DNA of 27,851 nucleotides from a phage, in sequence record PZ583740.1; one strand, written 5' to 3'. Under the pieces are notes generated by a model, which was not told the origin of the DNA, made no database searches, and saw only the letters and a list, made by a program, of their open reading frames with translations. Below are positions 1-8,547 of this stretch, one piece after another. Position 1 is the stretch's first letter, and every line of letters starts with the position of its first letter. A program made the translations under genes and the position numbers.

Positions 1-419
1 TAACCGACCTCACCGCCTCGGTTGAGCGCAGCAGCATCATTACCTACATAAAGTGGATATTGTCCTGTGGGGTCAGAGAAGCCTTCGTTGGGATTTGCTT
101 TTTGTCTTGAGGCTGAACCATACGTACCAATAACAAGCCCGTTGAGTTTCCACTTGTCTAAAAAGTGACCATATACCTGAGTCCCTGGCACCATACCGGT
201 CATTGCAGTTTGAATACCAGAAACTGATGCAGATGATGTTGGCATCAGTACAGACATCCATGGCAGGTCTTCAGTTCTGATACCTTTTACAGGCCCTTGT
301 GATTTCTCATATGGATGCATACCCCATACACGGACACGGACTCGGCCTTGTTGAAGTGGGTCCATTCGGTCTTCGACAACACCGACGAACCAACTTACAT
401 TATCTGACATATTAATCAT
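1..419 (-). CDS. 5: Baseplate hub / tail lysozyme gp5, N-terminal part only (gene continues past window start)
   Basis: Reverse-strand translation from ATG at 417-419 gives MINMSDNVSWFVGVVEDRMDP...GFSDPTGQYP, matching the gp5 N-terminal domain as I recall it; start overlaps gene 53 stop (ATGA). Not in ORF track because no stop lies inside the window. Confidence 0.8.
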   Translation of the reverse strand, partial: MINMSDNVSWFVGVVEDRMDPLQQGRVRVRVWGMHPYEKSQGPVKGIRTEDLPWMSVLMPTSSASVSGIQTAMTGMVPGTQVYGHFLDKWKLNGLVIGTYGSASRQKANPNEGFSDPTGQYPLYVGNDAAALNRGGEVG

Positions 420-1018
420 AATGACTTCTCCATCTCACGGATTAATGCCGAAATAAATGATTCGATATCATTAGGGTCGATTATCTTTATTTCTCGTTTA
501 TATTCATTTTTACGAATAGCATCTTCATAGATATCTACTGCAGCTAATGGACCTTCATATTGTGGGTACAATTTATTCTTATCACCTTTATCATACCAGG
601 TGTACGGATTATCAGGATAAGAAACAAGATTCCAGAATTTTTCACCATCTTCATTTACATGATAAAGAACCTGATTACCACCTATATTCGAATAGCGTTG
701 AATTGATGCCTGATACGATGATTCTTGTGAACATATCCAACCATAATACGGGTCATAGATATCATTAAGCATAAGGAGAACCCAATAGAGTTGAGTATTA
801 CCATAGAGCTGATATGCAAGTTCTTCAGGTCTTGGAGCTCCAGCGATGTAATATGTTTTCGGTGTATAATTAACCGCAACCTTATCAAAATAGGCACGAT
901 AGTTTCTGAAGATGTCAGTCATCGGGATGCTTAAGACGTCTTCTTTCGTTAATGATGCCGAGTTTTTTCTGATTGTTTTAGCATCATAATCAATTGGGTT
1001 AAAAAATGAAAAAAGCAT
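416..1018 (-). CDS. 53: Baseplate wedge protein gp53
   Basis: Track ORF 416..1048; product MLFSFFNPIDYDAKT...YPQYEGPLAAVD resembles T4 gp53. ATG at 1016-1018 is preceded by GGAGG; the track's longer ORF begins at a TTG. Confidence 0.8.
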   Translation of the reverse strand: MLFSFFNPIDYDAKTIRKNSASLTKEDVLSIPMTDIFRNYRAYFDKVAVNYTPKTYYIAGAPRPEELAYQLYGNTQLYWVLLMLNDIYDPYYGWICSQESSYQASIQRYSNIGGNQVLYHVNEDGEKFWNLVSYPDNPYTWYDKGDKNKLYPQYEGPLAAVDIYEDAIRKNEYKREIKIIDPNDIESFISALIREMEKSL

Positions 1019-1030
1019 AAAGCCTCCATT

Positions 1031-1038
1031 TATAAATA
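1031..1038 (+). promoter_or_regulatory. T4-type late promoter (TATAAATA) for gene 4
   Basis: Exact TATAAATA 28 nt upstream of the gene 4 ATG, followed by GGAGG RBS. Confidence 0.55.
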
Positions 1039-1066
1039 AGTATATCAATATTTATTAGGAGGCTAT

Positions 1067-1519
1067 ATGGCATACTCCGGGAAGTGGCAGCCAAAAAACG
1101 TTGCCAAGTACAAAGGAGACTGGAAGAAAATCACATACAGGTCAAATTGGGAAAAATTTGTATTTAATTGGTTAGATAATCATCCAGATGTGATACAATG
1201 GGGCTCTGAGACCGTAATTATTCCATATTTCAGTAATGCGGATGGTAAAAAACGCAGATATTACATGGATATGTGGGTGAAATTCTCAAATGGACAACAG
1301 TTTTTCTTTGAGGTCAAACCCAAAAAGGAAACAAGGCCGCCAGCAAAACCAGTCAATACGACCGCTGCAAGTAAGAAGAGGTTTATGAACGAAATGTACA
1401 CTTGGGCCGTTAACAAGGATAAGTGGAAAGCAGCGCAGGCCGTAGCCGATAAAATGGGCATCCAGTTTAGATTGATTACTGAAGATGCGCTTAGAAAAAT
1501 GGGATATAAGGGTTTATAA
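1067..1519 (+). CDS. 4: Head completion protein gp4
   Basis: 150 aa, MAYSGKWQPKNVAKYKGDWKKITYRSNWEKF..., length and sequence match T4 gp4; divergent from gene 53 as in T4. Confidence 0.85.
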   Translation: MAYSGKWQPKNVAKYKGDWKKITYRSNWEKFVFNWLDNHPDVIQWGSETVIIPYFSNADGKKRRYYMDMWVKFSNGQQFFFEVKPKKETRPPAKPVNTTAASKKRFMNEMYTWAVNKDKWKAAQAVADKMGIQFRLITEDALRKMGYKGL

Positions 1520-2247
1520 TGTACGATTGTTCAGATTTTAACATCACAAATGGCGAGATAGTGGGACAAGGCGATTTTAATAAATCAAAAACTTTGATAT
1601 TTGTAAAGTGCTTTATATGTGAAGAAACATGCAAATACAAAGCAACTGTTTTAAAGCATAAGTTAAAAACAAAAAGTTGGTGTTCTAATTGTAATTTAAA
1701 ACGTTCTTATGGTGAAAGCAAATTAATATCTGAATTAGATGCAATCACAAGAATAAATTCCGTGAATCCATTGTATAGTTTTGATAAATGGGATACCACA
1801 TATTCAACTTTTACAAAATCAAAAGCCTATATAAAGTGTTCTACATGTTCAACCAGTTGGATTACAAATCTAAACAACTTTACAACAAAAAACAAAGGAT
1901 GTCCAAACTGTTGTCACAAAGGATTTAACGCAAAGAAACCTGCTATTGTTTATGTTAATAAAATAGAATATCCGGGCGGAACTGCTTTAAAGTATGGTAT
2001 AACTTCCAATCATGATTTTAGATTGTGGCAGCAAAATCATTTTTCCAAATGCATTAGTTCCAAATTATATTATCGAGAATTTGAACTGGGTGCACAAGCC
2101 AAAATGTTAGAATCCGCAATATCTGTATTATATATAAAAGACAGAGGTTATTTGAATAAAGATATTATGGTCGATGGCTATACAGAAACCTTACCATACT
2201 ATTTAAAAAATGATTTGATTAATTTTATAGAAGGATGGAAAGGATGA
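1519..2247 (+). CDS. Cys-rich putative endonuclease: N-terminal zinc-ribbon pairs plus GIY-YIG-like C-terminal half
   Basis: 242 aa. Two CxxC...CxxC units ([13 protein letters not shown]; CSTCS..CPNCC). C-terminal [33 protein letters not shown] resembles the I-TevI GIY...YVGSAKDFEKRWKRHF core. Start overlaps gp4 stop (TAATG), stop overlaps gp2 start (ATGA). Confidence 0.45.
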   Translation: MYDCSDFNITNGEIVGQGDFNKSKTLIFVKCFICEETCKYKATVLKHKLKTKSWCSNCNLKRSYGESKLISELDAITRINSVNPLYSFDKWDTTYSTFTKSKAYIKCSTCSTSWITNLNNFTTKNKGCPNCCHKGFNAKKPAIVYVNKIEYPGGTALKYGITSNHDFRLWQQNHFSKCISSKLYYREFELGAQAKMLESAISVLYIKDRGYLNKDIMVDGYTETLPYYLKNDLINFIEGWKG

Positions 2248-3071
2248 GTATTTTTACATTTATCAATGAATCTGCAGATAAACCAGGTCCGAAACCCAGT
2301 AAATCAGAACAACAATGGGTTGAAATAGGGGTTGAATTTTATACAGCAAAAGAAAAGGGAATGACCTCGAAGAAGTTTGCTGAAGAGAAAGGAATCAACT
2401 ATTCGACCTTTACCAAAAGCATGTCAAGATATCATTCGAGAATTCAGACTGCTTATAAAGTATCCAAGCTCAAAAAGAAACCTGCCGGTAAACTTACGAA
2501 GGCTGAACGTCAGCTGATAATGGTGAATAGCTTTAGAAAGAGCATAAGAGATAAGATTGCTAACGAAGGCGCTGCAAGCAACACCAAATCTGCCAGATGG
2601 TTCGCTGAGACAATTAAGAAATCAGTTCGGGGCCACGTAACGGCTAAACCTCAACCGGGTAAGATTTATGCTTATATCTATGATGCAAAGCATAAGGATA
2701 CTCTTCCGTACTGGGACAAATATCCGTTAATCATTTATCTTGGGCTAGGTAAGCACAATTTGATGTATGGTTTGAACTTGCACTATATTCCACCGAAGGC
2801 ACGTCAAGAGTTCCTTGAGGAACTTCTTAAGCAATATGCCAATACTCCTACGATTACGAACAAGACTCATCTGAAGATTGATTGGTCAAAAGTGAAGGGA
2901 TTTAAAGGGGCTGACCAGATGATTAAAGCATATATACCTGGCAATATAAAAGGTACTATCACTGAAATCAAGCCCAGCGACTGGGCAAATGTGGTATTAC
3001 TCCCCCTTCAGCAGTTTTTTTCAAAAGGCAAAAGATTTTCTTCACAGAAAGTATGGAGAAATTCACTTTGA
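2244..3071 (+). CDS. 2: DNA end-protector protein gp2
   Basis: Position between genes 4 and 3 as in T4; about 275 aa from ATG at 2244 (AAGGA upstream). Sequence recall for gp2 is weak, so the call rests largely on synteny and size. Confidence 0.65.
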   Translation: MSIFTFINESADKPGPKPSKSEQQWVEIGVEFYTAKEKGMTSKKFAEEKGINYSTFTKSMSRYHSRIQTAYKVSKLKKKPAGKLTKAERQLIMVNSFRKSIRDKIANEGAASNTKSARWFAETIKKSVRGHVTAKPQPGKIYAYIYDAKHKDTLPYWDKYPLIIYLGLGKHNLMYGLNLHYIPPKARQEFLEELLKQYANTPTITNKTHLKIDWSKVKGFKGADQMIKAYIPGNIKGTITEIKPSDWANVVLLPLQQFFSKGKRFSSQKVWRNSL

Positions 3072-3727
3072 ATTATCAGTTTATATATTCATCGTTAATT
3101 GAAAGGGCCCGTAACAGGGTCCTGATTTCATATAAAGAATCTCATCACATCATTCCGAAATGTATGGGTGGTTCAAATGCTCCGGATAACTTAGTCGATT
3201 TGACTCCCGAGGAACATTATGTAGCCCATCAACTATTGGTTAAAATATATCCTACAAATCCAGGTTTAAGTTTTGCTGCCACATCTATGAGTCAGTCAAG
3301 CAAGTATTTGAAACGCAATAATAAATTATTTGGCTGGTTAAGACGCAGACACGCTGACAATATTTCTAAAAGCCAAACCGGTAAAGTTTACTTTAATAAT
3401 GGTGTCAAATCGATAAAACTATTTCCATGGGAAGATGTTCCGGATGGGTTTGTCAAAGGAAGACATTACAGCCCAACCAAGGGTACAAAACATTCTCGCA
3501 ATAATGGACATTTTAAAAATAAAGAGATTCAGGACGAATTGAGAAAGCGCCGGTGGGAAAAAGATAGGCAAGAAATGTGTAAAAACTTCGGAGTTGATAC
3601 CATCGAGCAAGCTCGAGAGTTGGTCCTAGCATATAAAAAGGAATTGCATCCTCGATACTGGGTAAAGCCAATGTTGGAACGTTATCCGTTTATGACTAAG
3701 CTAAGACTTAACACATTAATAAAATAA
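3053..3727 (+). CDS. HNH homing endonuclease (free-standing)
   Basis: 224 aa with HNH motif [29 protein letters not shown]; inserted between genes 2 and 3, overlapping the gp2 3' end by 19 nt. Confidence 0.8.
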   Translation: MEKFTLNYQFIYSSLIERARNRVLISYKESHHIIPKCMGGSNAPDNLVDLTPEEHYVAHQLLVKIYPTNPGLSFAATSMSQSSKYLKRNNKLFGWLRRRHADNISKSQTGKVYFNNGVKSIKLFPWEDVPDGFVKGRHYSPTKGTKHSRNNGHFKNKEIQDELRKRRWEKDRQEMCKNFGVDTIEQARELVLAYKKELHPRYWVKPMLERYPFMTKLRLNTLIK

Positions 3728-3812
3728 TCTATTATCGGTCAGTGTTATTGGTAAGGACAAAAGGTCTAGAACCATTATAACACTGATTGTTTTAAAGCAA
3801 ACAAGGTGCACT

Positions 3813-4412
3813 ATGTCAGGTTTATATAATCAAACTAACACGACTAACTTTATATTAGAGGTGAGCGATTCAAACCTCACACAGACCTTTAAACTCAACG
3901 TTCAAGACGTTACCCTCCCAGGAGTTCACATTCCAGTGACGGATGTCCCTGGGGGAACACAAGGTATAAATCGCTCCAGTCTTCCTGGTAGTACAATAGA
4001 ATTCGACCCGCTGATTGTTAACTTTCTGTGTGACAAAGACCTAAGAGCGTGGCTTGACATCTATAAATGGATGCTCTCGCTTAACAACTACATCACACAC
4101 GAATCAAAAGCATGGAATCCGAAGGGTCGTCCCGAAGCGGTCACGCTTCACATCTTAGATAACAACAAGGACAAAATTGTCATGTCAATCCATTACTATG
4201 GAGCATGGCCGTCCGACCTGTCAGAGATTCAGTATTCATATAAAGAAGATTCTGACCCGGCTATCATTGCAACAGCAACTTTTAACTTTAAGTCTTTTGC
4301 TGTAGAAATTGATGGTATAATAATAGAAGGTAGACCACAGATTGATAGTAATGCAGCAATGCAACAGGAAATCAGGTCTAAGTCAATGCATCCATCTATG
4401 AGAAACGTATGA
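3813..4412 (+). CDS. 3: Tail completion / sheath stabilizer protein gp3 (assigned mainly by position)
   Basis: 199 aa ORF between genes 2 and 1, stop overlaps gene 1 start (ATGA); RBS AAGGTG upstream. Confidence 0.55.
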   Translation: MSGLYNQTNTTNFILEVSDSNLTQTFKLNVQDVTLPGVHIPVTDVPGGTQGINRSSLPGSTIEFDPLIVNFLCDKDLRAWLDIYKWMLSLNNYITHESKAWNPKGRPEAVTLHILDNNKDKIVMSIHYYGAWPSDLSEIQYSYKEDSDPAIIATATFNFKSFAVEIDGIIIEGRPQIDSNAAMQQEIRSKSMHPSMRNV

Positions 4413-5085
4413 AATTAATTGCGATTGTGGGTAAAAAACGCAGTGGTAAAGATACGACTGCTGATTATGTTATTAGTCAAAACGGAACAAAGTGGCAGCT
4501 TGCTGGTCCGATTAAAGAAGCGCTTTATAAAGCGTGGATTCGTCAAGACCTGCCACACAATTTGACCCTGGAAAATTTTGATGGACAAGGTTACGACCGT
4601 GAAAAAACCTTAATAATGAACAACACCGAAGCTTATATTCTTCTGGTTGATGCTCTTGAATGGTTGAAACAACAATACAATCTTGACCTTCCGAATCCAG
4701 ATATGGTTCGTAAAATCATTGAATTTCACACACTAAATAATGTTGAGCCCTGGACAGTTAGACGTTTCATGCAGACCCTTGGAACTGATATTGTTTGTAC
4801 AGAGTTCGACAGCATGTTTTGGATTAAAACTTTTGCATGCGACTATCTTGACAACCTCTATTCTGGATATAAATATTACGTTGTCCCAGATGTTCGTCAA
4901 AAGAATGAACTTGATTCGCTTCGGGCGATGGGTGCTACAATAATCTTTGTAGAACGCGATGAAGCAAATCATTCTACTGATACACACATTACGGAAGCTG
5001 GACTTCCACCACTAGCTAGTGACATTGTTATTAAAAACGATGGCACACTCGAAGAACTTTTTGATAAAATTAATAAGGTAATATA

Positions 5086-5086
<1 letters not shown>
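4409..5086 (+). CDS. 1: Deoxynucleoside monophosphate kinase gp1
   Basis: 225 aa with P-loop GKKRSGKDTTAD; MKLIAIVGKKRSGKDTTADYVIS...LAGPIKEAL matches T4 gp1. Confidence 0.85.
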
Positions 5087-5776
<690 letters not shown>

Positions 5777-5777
<1 letters not shown>

Positions 5778-5806
5778 TGTACAAATGAGTGTAGGTGCAG
5801 TATTAT
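5777..5806 (+). promoter_or_regulatory. Sigma70/T4-early-like promoter (GTGTAC, 18 nt spacer, TATTAT) overlapping a 7-bp-stem palindrome
   Basis: GTGTAC at 5777-5782, TATTAT at 5801-5806; inverted repeat GTGTAGG (5789-5795) / CCTACAC (5810-5816); GGAG RBS then ATG at 5838. Confidence 0.35.
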
Positions 5807-5837
5807 GTTCCTACACCAATGAACAAACGGAGTTAAT

Positions 5838-6170
5838 ATGAACATCAAAACTTACAACGAGTTTTTAGCCGAATCCGCCATCAATGAGACCAAATCAATT
5901 GATGATAGTGAAGGCTCTCTGAAATTTGGTTTAACCAAAAACGCAGATGGTGTTTTCTTTCAGATTGGTAATGAACGTTTTCAAACGTCCAAATATTCCA
6001 AAGCTGCAGTTGAAGCTGTCCTGAAATCTGGTGGCAAGTGGAAAGGCAAAGAAGGTACTAAAGAAATTGGTATCGCTGTTGACGGTGGTATGGCTTATTT
6101 TAAAATTGGCGATGAACAATTTATTATGTCTGCTCGCGGACGTAAAGAACTGGCAAAACTTTATAAATAA
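5838..6170 (+). CDS. Internal protein (IP)-like, capsid-targeted small protein A
   Basis: 110 aa; N-terminus MNIKTYNEFLAE-S resembles the T4 capsid-targeting sequence MKTYQEFIAE with an L-x-E prohead-protease site; GGAG RBS. Confidence 0.7.
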   Translation: MNIKTYNEFLAESAINETKSIDDSEGSLKFGLTKNADGVFFQIGNERFQTSKYSKAAVEAVLKSGGKWKGKEGTKEIGIAVDGGMAYFKIGDEQFIMSARGRKELAKLYK

Positions 6171-6178
6171 GGTTTCTT

Positions 6179-6451
6179 ATGAAAACTTTCAATGAATTTT
6201 TCAACGAGTCACAATTGAATGAAGAAGTAAAAATTAGTAAAGCAGTCAAATCTATGATTGACAATATCAATCACCTGTATAGCATTGACTTGACTGACCA
6301 TATAACAATTGGTAACAAACGCAACTTTTTCGCGTTTGACATTTCAGAACTTGACCAGAACCAAATTAATAACATTGAGCGTTTTGCCAATGACAAGGGT
6401 CTCCGCCATGAGACAGCTGGTTATAAAAAATATGCAATTTATCTTAAATAA
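6179..6451 (+). CDS. Internal protein (IP)-like, capsid-targeted small protein B
   Basis: 90 aa; N-terminus MKTFNEFFNE-S; tightly linked to ORF A via conserved junction AAATAAGGTTTCTTATGAAAAC. Confidence 0.65.
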   Translation: MKTFNEFFNESQLNEEVKISKAVKSMIDNINHLYSIDLTDHITIGNKRNFFAFDISELDQNQINNIERFANDKGLRHETAGYKKYAIYLK

Positions 6452-6459
6452 GGCTTCAA

Positions 6460-6702
6460 ATGAAAACTTATCAAACATTTATAACAGAATCTTCCCATAG
6501 TATGGAAGTTAAACTTGGTCAAGCCCTTGCTGAAGCAGAGCGCCTGTTTGCACGTATCAAAGAACTTGCCGATTCTGTAGATGCATCATCTTTTAAAGGC
6601 GACCAGGGTAAAGTTAAAGCTCTCCTTGCTCTTTGTTCAGACGCGGGTGAAATTGCTAAGAACGGCACCAAGATGAAAAAACGCCTAGAAGATTTAAAAT
6701 AA
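6460..6702 (+). CDS. Internal protein (IP)-like, capsid-targeted small protein C
   Basis: 80 aa; N-terminus MKTYQTFITE-S; junction AAATAAGGCTTCAAATGAAAAC. Confidence 0.65.
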   Translation: MKTYQTFITESSHSMEVKLGQALAEAERLFARIKELADSVDASSFKGDQGKVKALLALCSDAGEIAKNGTKMKKRLEDLK

Positions 6703-6732
6703 GTGTACATGATGGGATAACTGTAGTATGAT
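6703..6732 (+). promoter_or_regulatory. Sigma70/T4-early-like promoter (GTGTAC, 18 nt spacer, TATGAT) overlapping palindrome TGGGATAA/TTATCCCA
   Basis: GTGTAC 6703-6708, TATGAT 6727-6732; 8-bp inverted repeat 6713-6720 / 6732-6739. Confidence 0.35.
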
Positions 6733-6757
6733 TATCCCATCAACTACTGGAGACCAC

Positions 6758-7012
6758 ATGAAAACTTATCAAGAATTTATTACTGAATCTGCAAATGCAA
6801 AAGTTGAGTTTGCTTATGTTGGTTCGCCGCGTGGCAGTTTTTCCAATGAGGAATTCCGTCGTTCACTGGACAATTTCATGCAGTTAAGTGCTGAAGTATC
6901 GCATGATGGTCGTTATGACATCGTTACTATTAGCGGTTCTGAAGACCTTATCAAAAAGTGGTACAAGCAGAAAGATGTTGAGATGCGTTACTATCGTATC
7001 CCTAAAAAATAA
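6758..7012 (+). CDS. Internal protein (IP)-like, capsid-targeted small protein D
   Basis: Track ORF 6728..7012 starts at an upstream codon; ATG at 6758 has a GGAG RBS and gives MKTYQEFITE-S (84 aa). Confidence 0.65.
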   Translation: MKTYQEFITESANAKVEFAYVGSPRGSFSNEEFRRSLDNFMQLSAEVSHDGRYDIVTISGSEDLIKKWYKQKDVEMRYYRIPKK

Positions 7013-7041
7013 GTGTACTTTTAAATGGGATAACGTATAAT
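7013..7041 (+). promoter_or_regulatory. Sigma70/T4-early-like promoter (GTGTAC, 17 nt spacer, TATAAT) overlapping palindrome TGGGATAA/TTATCCCA
   Basis: GTGTAC 7013-7018, TATAAT 7036-7041; inverted repeat 7026-7033 / 7041-7048; about 80 percent identical to the unit at 6700-6760. Confidence 0.4.
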
Positions 7042-7070
7042 TATCCCATCAACTACTGAGGGCCAAAAAA

Positions 7071-7292
7071 ATGAAAACGTATCAAGAATTTATTAACGAA
7101 GCTAAAATGCATGACGAATTGCCGATTCAATCTAAAACTTTTGATGGTACACTGAAGGATTTTAAAAAGTTGCCAAATGATAAATTGGCAAAACTTACAG
7201 GTTCTGTATCTGAAACAGGTGGTAAGGTTACTTTCTCTGCCCGTGGTATTGTCAACCTTAAAAAACTTTTGAAAGCCGTTGGTGCTGAATAA
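7071..7292 (+). CDS. Internal protein (IP)-like, capsid-targeted small protein E
   Basis: 73 aa; N-terminus MKTYQEFINE-A; GAGGG RBS. Confidence 0.65.
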   Translation: MKTYQEFINEAKMHDELPIQSKTFDGTLKDFKKLPNDKLAKLTGSVSETGGKVTFSARGIVNLKKLLKAVGAE

Positions 7293-7350
7293 AACAGTTA
7301 CTGGTCTAGTATATCATAACCTAGACCTATCAAAAAGTGAGGAGAATAAA

Positions 7351-7536
7351 ATGAAACGTTGTGAATTAATTAGAAATGTTACTGCCTTTGTTGCTGTTAC
7401 CACTTTTGGTTTTAGCATGTTTGCTGGCTTTATGTTGAATATGCTTTCAACTTCTGAGAATATAATCTCTTTAGTAGTTGCATTTTTAATTGGTTCAATC
7501 TCTTTCGTTATGGATAAAATCTCTAAAGGTGAGTAA
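7351..7536 (+). CDS. Small predicted membrane protein (two hydrophobic helices), function unknown
   Basis: ATG at 7351 preceded by strong GAGGAG RBS; 61 aa with hydrophobic stretches [23 protein letters not shown] and [17 protein letters not shown]. Track ORF 7279..7536 starts at an upstream TTG. Confidence 0.5.
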   Translation: MKRCELIRNVTAFVAVTTFGFSMFAGFMLNMLSTSENIISLVVAFLIGSISFVMDKISKGE

Positions 7537-7550
7537 AATGTATAAAGTGT

Positions 7551-8519
7551 ATGCGGATTATCAGAAAGATTCGCCTGCAAGGCTTCACCAGCGGTGAATG
7601 GGTAGCTCGCGAGAAGATTCATGGTACCAACTTTTCATTAATCATTGAACAAGACAATGTGACATGTGCGAAACGCACTGGACCTATCCTGCCTGCAGAA
7701 GATTTCTATGGTTATGAAATTGTATTAAAGAATTATGCTGATTCTATTAAATCTGTGCAGAAACTTTTGCAGGATATTAATTACCAGGCATACCAGATTT
7801 ATGGTGAGTTTGCCGGGGCAGGTATCCAGAAGAATGTGGATTACGGTGATAAAGATTTTTATGTATTTGATATCCGCGTTACTAAAGAAGATGGTTTTGA
7901 ATCCGTCCTGACTGACACCTTGATGGAAGCATTCTGTATTATCCATAAGTTTAAGGTTGCACCGCGCCTGGCTACAGGTAGTTTTGAAGAATTAATTAAG
8001 CTCCCTAATGACCTGGATTCTGTTGTCCCTGATTACAATTTTACAGTGGATAACGCGGGTTTGACTACAGCAAATACCACTGATTTTGTTGCAAAGGTGG
8101 AAGGTAAAGTATTCACTGCCGAAGGATTTGTATTAAAACCTGATGTTCCTGCATGGTTACCTAACGGCGAGCGTGTAGCGATTAAATGTAAGAACTCTAA
8201 ATTCAGTGAAAAGAAAAAGTCTGATAAGCCTATTAAGGCTGCAGTGGTTCTGAGCCAAAATGATATGGATTTACTGTGGAATTTCACTGATTATGTGACT
8301 GTTAACCGTATCAACAATGTTATCAGTAAAATTGGGGAAGTAACACCGAAGGATTTTGGAAAGGTAATGGGGTTAACAGTCCAAGATATTCTGGAAGAAG
8401 CGGGGCGCGAAGGTCTTGAATTGTCCCTGACGGAAAATCCTGTTGAAGTTAAAAAGCAACTTATTGTAAATGTAAGAGAAACATTAAGACATGTTTGGAT
8501 TGCATTAGTTAGTGAATAA
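7551..8519 (+). CDS. rnlB: RNA ligase 2 (Rnl2 / gp24.1)
   Basis: 322 aa with nucleotidyltransferase motif [20 protein letters not shown] and strong overall similarity to T4 Rnl2; true 5' end uncertain (ATG with good RBS at 7538 is in another frame). Confidence 0.85.
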   Translation: MRIIRKIRLQGFTSGEWVAREKIHGTNFSLIIEQDNVTCAKRTGPILPAEDFYGYEIVLKNYADSIKSVQKLLQDINYQAYQIYGEFAGAGIQKNVDYGDKDFYVFDIRVTKEDGFESVLTDTLMEAFCIIHKFKVAPRLATGSFEELIKLPNDLDSVVPDYNFTVDNAGLTTANTTDFVAKVEGKVFTAEGFVLKPDVPAWLPNGERVAIKCKNSKFSEKKKSDKPIKAAVVLSQNDMDLLWNFTDYVTVNRINNVISKIGEVTPKDFGKVMGLTVQDILEEAGREGLELSLTENPVEVKKQLIVNVRETLRHVWIALVSE

Positions 8520-8547
8520 AAATAAAGGGCCTTGCGGCCCTTTTTTA
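8520..8547. terminator. Bidirectional rho-independent terminator between rnlB and gene 24
   Basis: Hairpin GGGCC-TTGC-GGCCC (8527-8540) flanked by an A-run upstream and T6 downstream; lies between convergent stops. Confidence 0.7.

Noticed and set aside
73-261. 62-aa minus-strand ORF at the window start
   Set aside because: It is in a different frame inside the gp5 N-terminal coding region.
6163-6170. TATAAATA immediately upstream of IP-like ORF B
   Set aside because: It is the last codons plus stop of ORF A (TAT AAA TAA) and leaves only 8 nt before the ORF B ATG, too short for a late-promoter leader with an RBS.
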